Below are positions 59,801-64,000 of a stretch of DNA of 64,000 bases, piece after piece. The notes below the pieces were generated by a model that had not been told where the DNA came from, did not search any database, and saw only the letters and a program-made list of their open reading frames with translations. How positions within the stretch are numbered: the stretch's first letter is position 1; each line of letters begins with the position of its first letter. Both the position numbers and the translations under genes were made by a program. Origin of the DNA: Macrostomum lignano (Eukaryota); NCBI GenBank assembly GCA_002269645.1, contig NIVC01001294.1, positions 123,413 to 187,412 of the forward strand, written 5' to 3'.

Positions 59801-62800
59801 CAGACGCAGTGCTCGCAGTCTCTCTGAATAACTGTACTCGGTCTCTTCCACGGTACTCTCTCGACTTTACTGTCAGTTTGGCCTACTCTTGTAAAACTCT
59901 CAGTTCATTCGGCGTGTTACTGATTGTGGTCCATCACTCGGTCTCGACACTGGCGGCGCTTGTGGCTTCCGGTTCCGCAGTGGAAACAGTAGACGCAGAC
60001 GCAGTGCTCGCAGTCTCGGCCTCGCTGCTGGGCGTCGCGCCACTCACGGTCGAGCTCTCGACTGTCTGTGTCGACTCCGTGCTCAATGTCGGGCCTGTCG
60101 CTTCTGGTACACTCACGCTCGGCGTCTCGACACTGGCGGCGCTTGTGGCTTCCGGTTCCGCAGTGGAAACAGTAGACGCAGACGCAGTGCTCGCAGTCTC
60201 GGCCTCGCTGCTGGGCGTCGCGCCCTCACGGTCGAGCTCTCACTGTCTGTGTCGACTCCGTGCTCAATGTCGGGCCTGTCGCTTCTGGTACACTCACGCT
60301 CGGCGTCTCGACACTGGCGGCGCTTGTGGCTTCCGGTTCCGCAGTGGAAACAGTAGACGCAGACGCAGTGCTCGCAGTCTCGGCCTCGCTGCTGGGCGTC
60401 GCGCCACTCACGGTCGAGCTCTCAACTGTCTGTGTCGACTCGTGCTCAATGTCGGCCTGTCGCTTCTGGTACACTCACGCTCGGCGTCTCGACACTGGCG
60501 GCGCTTGTGGCTTCCGATTCGCGAGTGGAAACAGTAACGCAGACGCAGTGCTGGCAGTCTCGCTGCCTCGGTCTGCTCCACGGTACTCCTCTCCGACTTT
60601 CTAGTCGGCCTACTCTTGTACTCTCAGTTCTATTTCTGGCGGCCTGTCTGATTGCTGGTCATTCACGCTCGGCGTCTCGACACTGGCGGCGCTTGTGGCT
60701 TCCGGTTCCGCAGTGGAAACAGTAGACGCAGACGCAGTGCTCGCAGTCTCGGCCTCGCTGCTGGGCGTCGCGCCACTCACGGTCGAGCTCTCAACTGTCT
60801 CTGTGTCGACTCCGTGCTCAATGTCGGGCCTGTCGCTTCTGGTACACTCACGCTCGGCGTCTCGACACTGGCGGCGCTTGTGGCTTCCGGTTCCGCAGTG
60901 GAAACAGTAGACGCAGACGCAGTGCTCGCAGTCTCGGCCTCGCTGCTGGGCGTCGCCGCACTCACGGTCGAGCTCTCAACTGTCTGTGTCGACTCCGTGC
61001 TCAATGTCGGGCCTGTCGCTTCTGGTACACTCACGCTCGGCGTCTCGACACTGGCGGCGCTTGTGGCTTCCGGTTCCGCAGTGGAAACAGTAGACGCAGA
61101 CGCAGTGCTCGCAGTCTCGGCCTCGCTGCTGGGCGTCGCGCCACTCACGGTCGAGCTCTCAACTGTCTGTGTCGACTCCGTGCTCAATGTCGGGCCTGTC
61201 GCTTCTGGTACACTCACGCTCGGCGTCTCGACACTGGCGCGCTTGTGGCTTCCGGTTCCGCAGTGGAAACAGTAGACGCAGACGCAGTGCTCGCAGTCTC
61301 GGCTCGCTGCTGGGCGTCGCGCCACTCACGGTCGAGCTCTCGACTGTCTGTGTCGACTCCGTGCTCAATGTCGGCGCCTGTCGCTTCTGGTACACTCACG
61401 CTCGGCGTCTCGACACTGGCGGCGCTTGTGGCTTCCGGTTCCGCAGTGGAAACAGTAGACGCAGACGCAGTGCTCGCAGTCTCGGCCTCGCTGCTGGGCG
61501 TCGCGCCACTCACGTCGAGCTCTCAACTGTCTGTGTCGACTCCGTGCTCAATGTCGGGCCTGTCGCTTCTGGTACACTCACGCTCGGCGTCTCGACACTG
61601 GCGGCGCTTGTGGCTTCCGGTTCCGCAGTGGAAACAGTAGACGCAGACGCAGTGCTCGCAGTCTCTCTGCCTGCTGCTCGGTCCTCCACGACTTTCCTCT
61701 CCGACTACGTCTGGCTACTCTTCTAACTGTCAGTTTCATGTCGGGCTGTCGCTTCTGGTCTACACTCACGCTCGGCGTCTCGACACTGGCGGCGCTTGTG
61801 GCTTCCGGTTCCGCAGTGGAAACAGTAGACGCAGACGCAGTGCTCGCAGTCTCGGCCTCGCGCTGGGCGTCGCGCCACTCACGGTCGAGCTCTCAACTGT
61901 CTGTGTCGACTCCGTGCTCAATGTCGGGCCTGTCGCTTCTGGTACACTCACGCTCGGCGCCGTCTCGACACTGGCGGCGCTTGTGGCTTCCGGTTCCGCA
62001 GTGGAAACAGTAGACGCAGACGCAGTGCTCGCAGTCTCGGCCTCGCTGCTGGCGTCGCGCCACTCACGGTCGAGCTCTCAACTGTCTGTGTCGACTCCGT
62101 GCTCAATGTCGGGCCTGTCGCTTCTGGTACACTCACGCTCGGCGTCTCGACACTGGCGGCGCTTGTGGCTTCCGGTTCCGCAGTGGAAACAGTAGACGCA
62201 GACGCAGTGCTCGCAGTCTCGGCCTCGCTGCTGGGCGTCGCGCCACTCACGGTCGAGCTCTCAACTGTCTGTGTCGACTCCGTGCTCAATGTCGGGCCTG
62301 TCGCTTCTGGTTACACTCACGCTCGGCGTCTCGACACTGGCGGCGCTTGTGGCTTCCGGTTCCGCAGTGGAAACAGTAGACGCAGACGCAGTGCTCGCAG
62401 TCTCGCTGCTCGGCCTCACGGCCCTCTCCGACTTACGGTCGAGCTCCGACTCTTGTCGACTCCGTCTATGTCGGGCCGCTGTCTGGTCTCATTCACACTC
62501 GGCTCCGTCTCGACACTGGCGGCGCTTGTGGCTTCCGGCTTCCGCAGTGGAAACAGTAGACGCAGACGCAGTGCTCGCAGTCTCGGCCTCGCTGCTGGGC
62601 GTCGCGCCACTCACGGTCGAGCTCTCAACTGTCTGTGTCGACTCCGTGCTCAATGTCGGGCCTGTCGCTTCTGGTACACTCACGCTCGGCGTCTCGACAC
62701 TGCGGCGCTTGTGCGCTTCCGGTTCCGCAGTGGAAACAGTAGACGCAGACGCAGTGCTCGCAGTCTCGGCCCTCGCTGCTCGGGCGTCGCGCCACTCACG

Positions 62801-64000
62801 CGTCGAGCTCTCAACTGTCTGTGTCGACTTCGTGCTCAATGTCGGGCCTGTCGCTTCTGGTACACTCACGCTCGGCGTCTCGACACTGGCGGCGCTTGTG
62901 GCTTCCGGTTCCGCAGTGGAAACAGTAGACGCAGACGCAGTGCTCGCAGTCTCTGGCCTCGCTGCTGGGCGTCGCGCCACTCACGTCGAGCTCTCAACTG
63001 TCTGTGTCGACTCCGTGCTCAATGTCGGGCCTGTCGCTTCTGGTACACTCACGCTCGGCGTCTCGACACTGGCGGCGCTTGTGGCTTCCGGTTCCGCAGT
63101 GGAAACAGTAGACGCAGACGCAGTGCTCGCAGTCTCGGCCTCGCTGCTGGGCGTCGCGCCACTCACGGTCGAGCTCTCAACTGTCTGTGTCGACTCCGTG
63201 CTCAATGTCGGGCCTGTCGCTCTCTCGTACACTCACGCTCGGCGTCTCGACACTGGCGGCGCTTGTGGCTTCCGGTTCCGCAGTGGAAACAGTAGACGCA
63301 GACGCAGTGCTCGCAGTCTCGGCCTCGCTGCTGGGCGTCGCCGCCACTCACGGTCGAGCTCTCAACTGTCTGTGTCGACTCCGTGCTCAATGTCGGGCCT
63401 GTCGCTTCTGGTACACTCACGCTCGGCGTCTCGACACTGGCGGCGCTTGTGGCTTCCGGCTTCCGCAGTGGAAACAGTAGACGCAGACGCATGTGCTCGC
63501 AGTCTCGGCCTCGCTGCTGGGCGTCGCGCCACTCACGGTCGAGCTCTCAACTGTCTGTGTCGACTCTCCGTGCTCAATGTCGGGCCTGTCGCTTCTGGTA
63601 CACTCACGCTCGGCGTCTCGACACTGGCGGCGCTTGTGGCTTCCGGTTCCGCAGTCGGAAACAGTAGACGCAGACGCATGCTCGCAGTCTCGGCCTCGCT
63701 GCTGGGCGTCGCGCACTCACGGTCGAGCTTCTCAACTGTCTGTGTCGACTCCGCTGCTCAATGTCGGGCCTGTCGCTTCTGGTACACTCACGCTCGGCGT
63801 CTCGACACTGGCGGCGCTTGTGGCTTCCGGTTCCGCAGTGGAAACAGTTAGACGCAGACGCAGTGCTCGCAGTCTCGGCCTCGCTGCTGGGCGTCGCGCC
63901 ACTCACGGTCGAGCTCTCAACTGTCTGTGTCGACTCCGTGCTCAATGTCGGCCTGTCGCTTCTGGTACACTCACGCTCGGCGTCTCGACACTGGCGGCGC
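41806..64000 (-). CDS. Papilin-like extracellular matrix protein, 3' portion (giant S/T/E repeat, 2 TSP1-like, 10 Kunitz-like, antistasin-like, 3 Ig, antistasin-like)
   Basis: Phase-consistent exons, 5' to 3': >=64000-50547, 50237-50146, 50055-49686, 49537-49328, 49137-48892, 48734-48543, 47772-47299, 45987-44857, 44775-44575, 44429-44264, 43927-43606, 42943-42535, 42357-42157, 41909-41806 (last exon uncertain). The S/T-rich, TSP1, Kunitz array, Ig order is that of invertebrate papilin/lacunin/MIG-6. Confidence 0.82.
42157..42357 (-). CDS. Antistasin-like Cys-rich exon of the papilin-like gene
   Basis: CQTSRCQLKCRYGYVNDANGCPTCDCVSPC; phase 1-1 exon. Confidence 0.8.
42535..44429 (-). CDS. Three Ig-like domains over three exons
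   Basis: VRLAC...VVWKKDG...DSGVYRC; LLVCDVRGQPPPTVRWF...GVYLCQAGN; LLLTCASLGGHPAPYWTFWYK...EDAGRYFCRLGNG. Confidence 0.88.
44857..45987 (-). CDS. Exon with five Kunitz-like domains
   Basis: Includes canonical CYLAPDPGPCG...FSYD...C...YSGCLGNRNRF...C...C and CLHPV...YNGCGGNPNRF...C...C. Confidence 0.9.
46010..47165. repeat. (GCTACA/GCTACT)n hexamer repeat in a papilin intron
   Basis: 1.15 kb of hexamer/trimer repeat lying between exons that splice in phase without it. Confidence 0.95.
47299..47772 (-). CDS. Exon with two canonical Kunitz domains
   Basis: CSLPMDEGSCQ...FFYD...C.EFVYSGCQGNRNRF...C...C and CQLPPSAGSCP...YFFD...C..FKFTGCGGNANNFETEEDCHYAC. Confidence 0.92.
50547..64000 (-). repeat. 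Coding tandem repeat: 183-bp (61-aa) mucin-like unit with interspersed 219-bp (73-aa) variant units
   Basis: Unit SVPEATGPTLSTESTQTVESSTVSGATPSSEAETASTASASTVSTAEPEATSAASVETPSV. The frame is open from 50547 to about 54850; indels accumulate beyond that. Confidence 0.93.

Noticed and set aside
50891-63851. Plus-strand hydrophobic repeat ORFs (ASGSAVETVDAD...)
   Set aside because: Antisense shadow of the coding repeat; stops occur in the variant units, and only the minus frame links to spliced exons.
50547-64000. Identity with known flatworm adhesive proteins
   Set aside because: No vWD/C8/TIL or Lys/Arg-rich regions are visible; the Kunitz-Ig context indicates papilin.

Overview
Animal genomic DNA. 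GC-rich exons with minisatellite-filled introns resemble a free-living flatworm such as Macrostomum; that assignment is inference only. Three spliced genes were reconstructed by hand with consistent intron phases. (1) The first two coding exons of a TMEM132-family gene (- strand, 468-1934). (2) A complete 23-exon RalGAP alpha-subunit gene (+, 3396-26244, about 2557 aa), head-to-head with the first; 17 of its 22 introns carry a tandem array. (3) The 3' part of a papilin-like matrix gene (-, 41806 to beyond 64000) with a >13 kb Ser/Thr/Glu repeat exon, two TSP1-like, ten Kunitz-like, three Ig and two antistasin-like modules. The gap between the convergent RalGAPA and papilin 3' ends is a transposon nest. 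It holds a hAT-type MITE with 20 tandem E2F-like sites and a tRNA-derived SINE fragment. It also holds a recent Mag-type Ty3/Gypsy element with identical 141-bp LTRs, inserted in a foldback element. A 5'-truncated Penelope-like element there has its usual RT-EN linker segment after the GIY-YIG domain and carries a minimal type I hammerhead ribozyme. No CRISPR array, rRNA or intact tRNA gene is supported.
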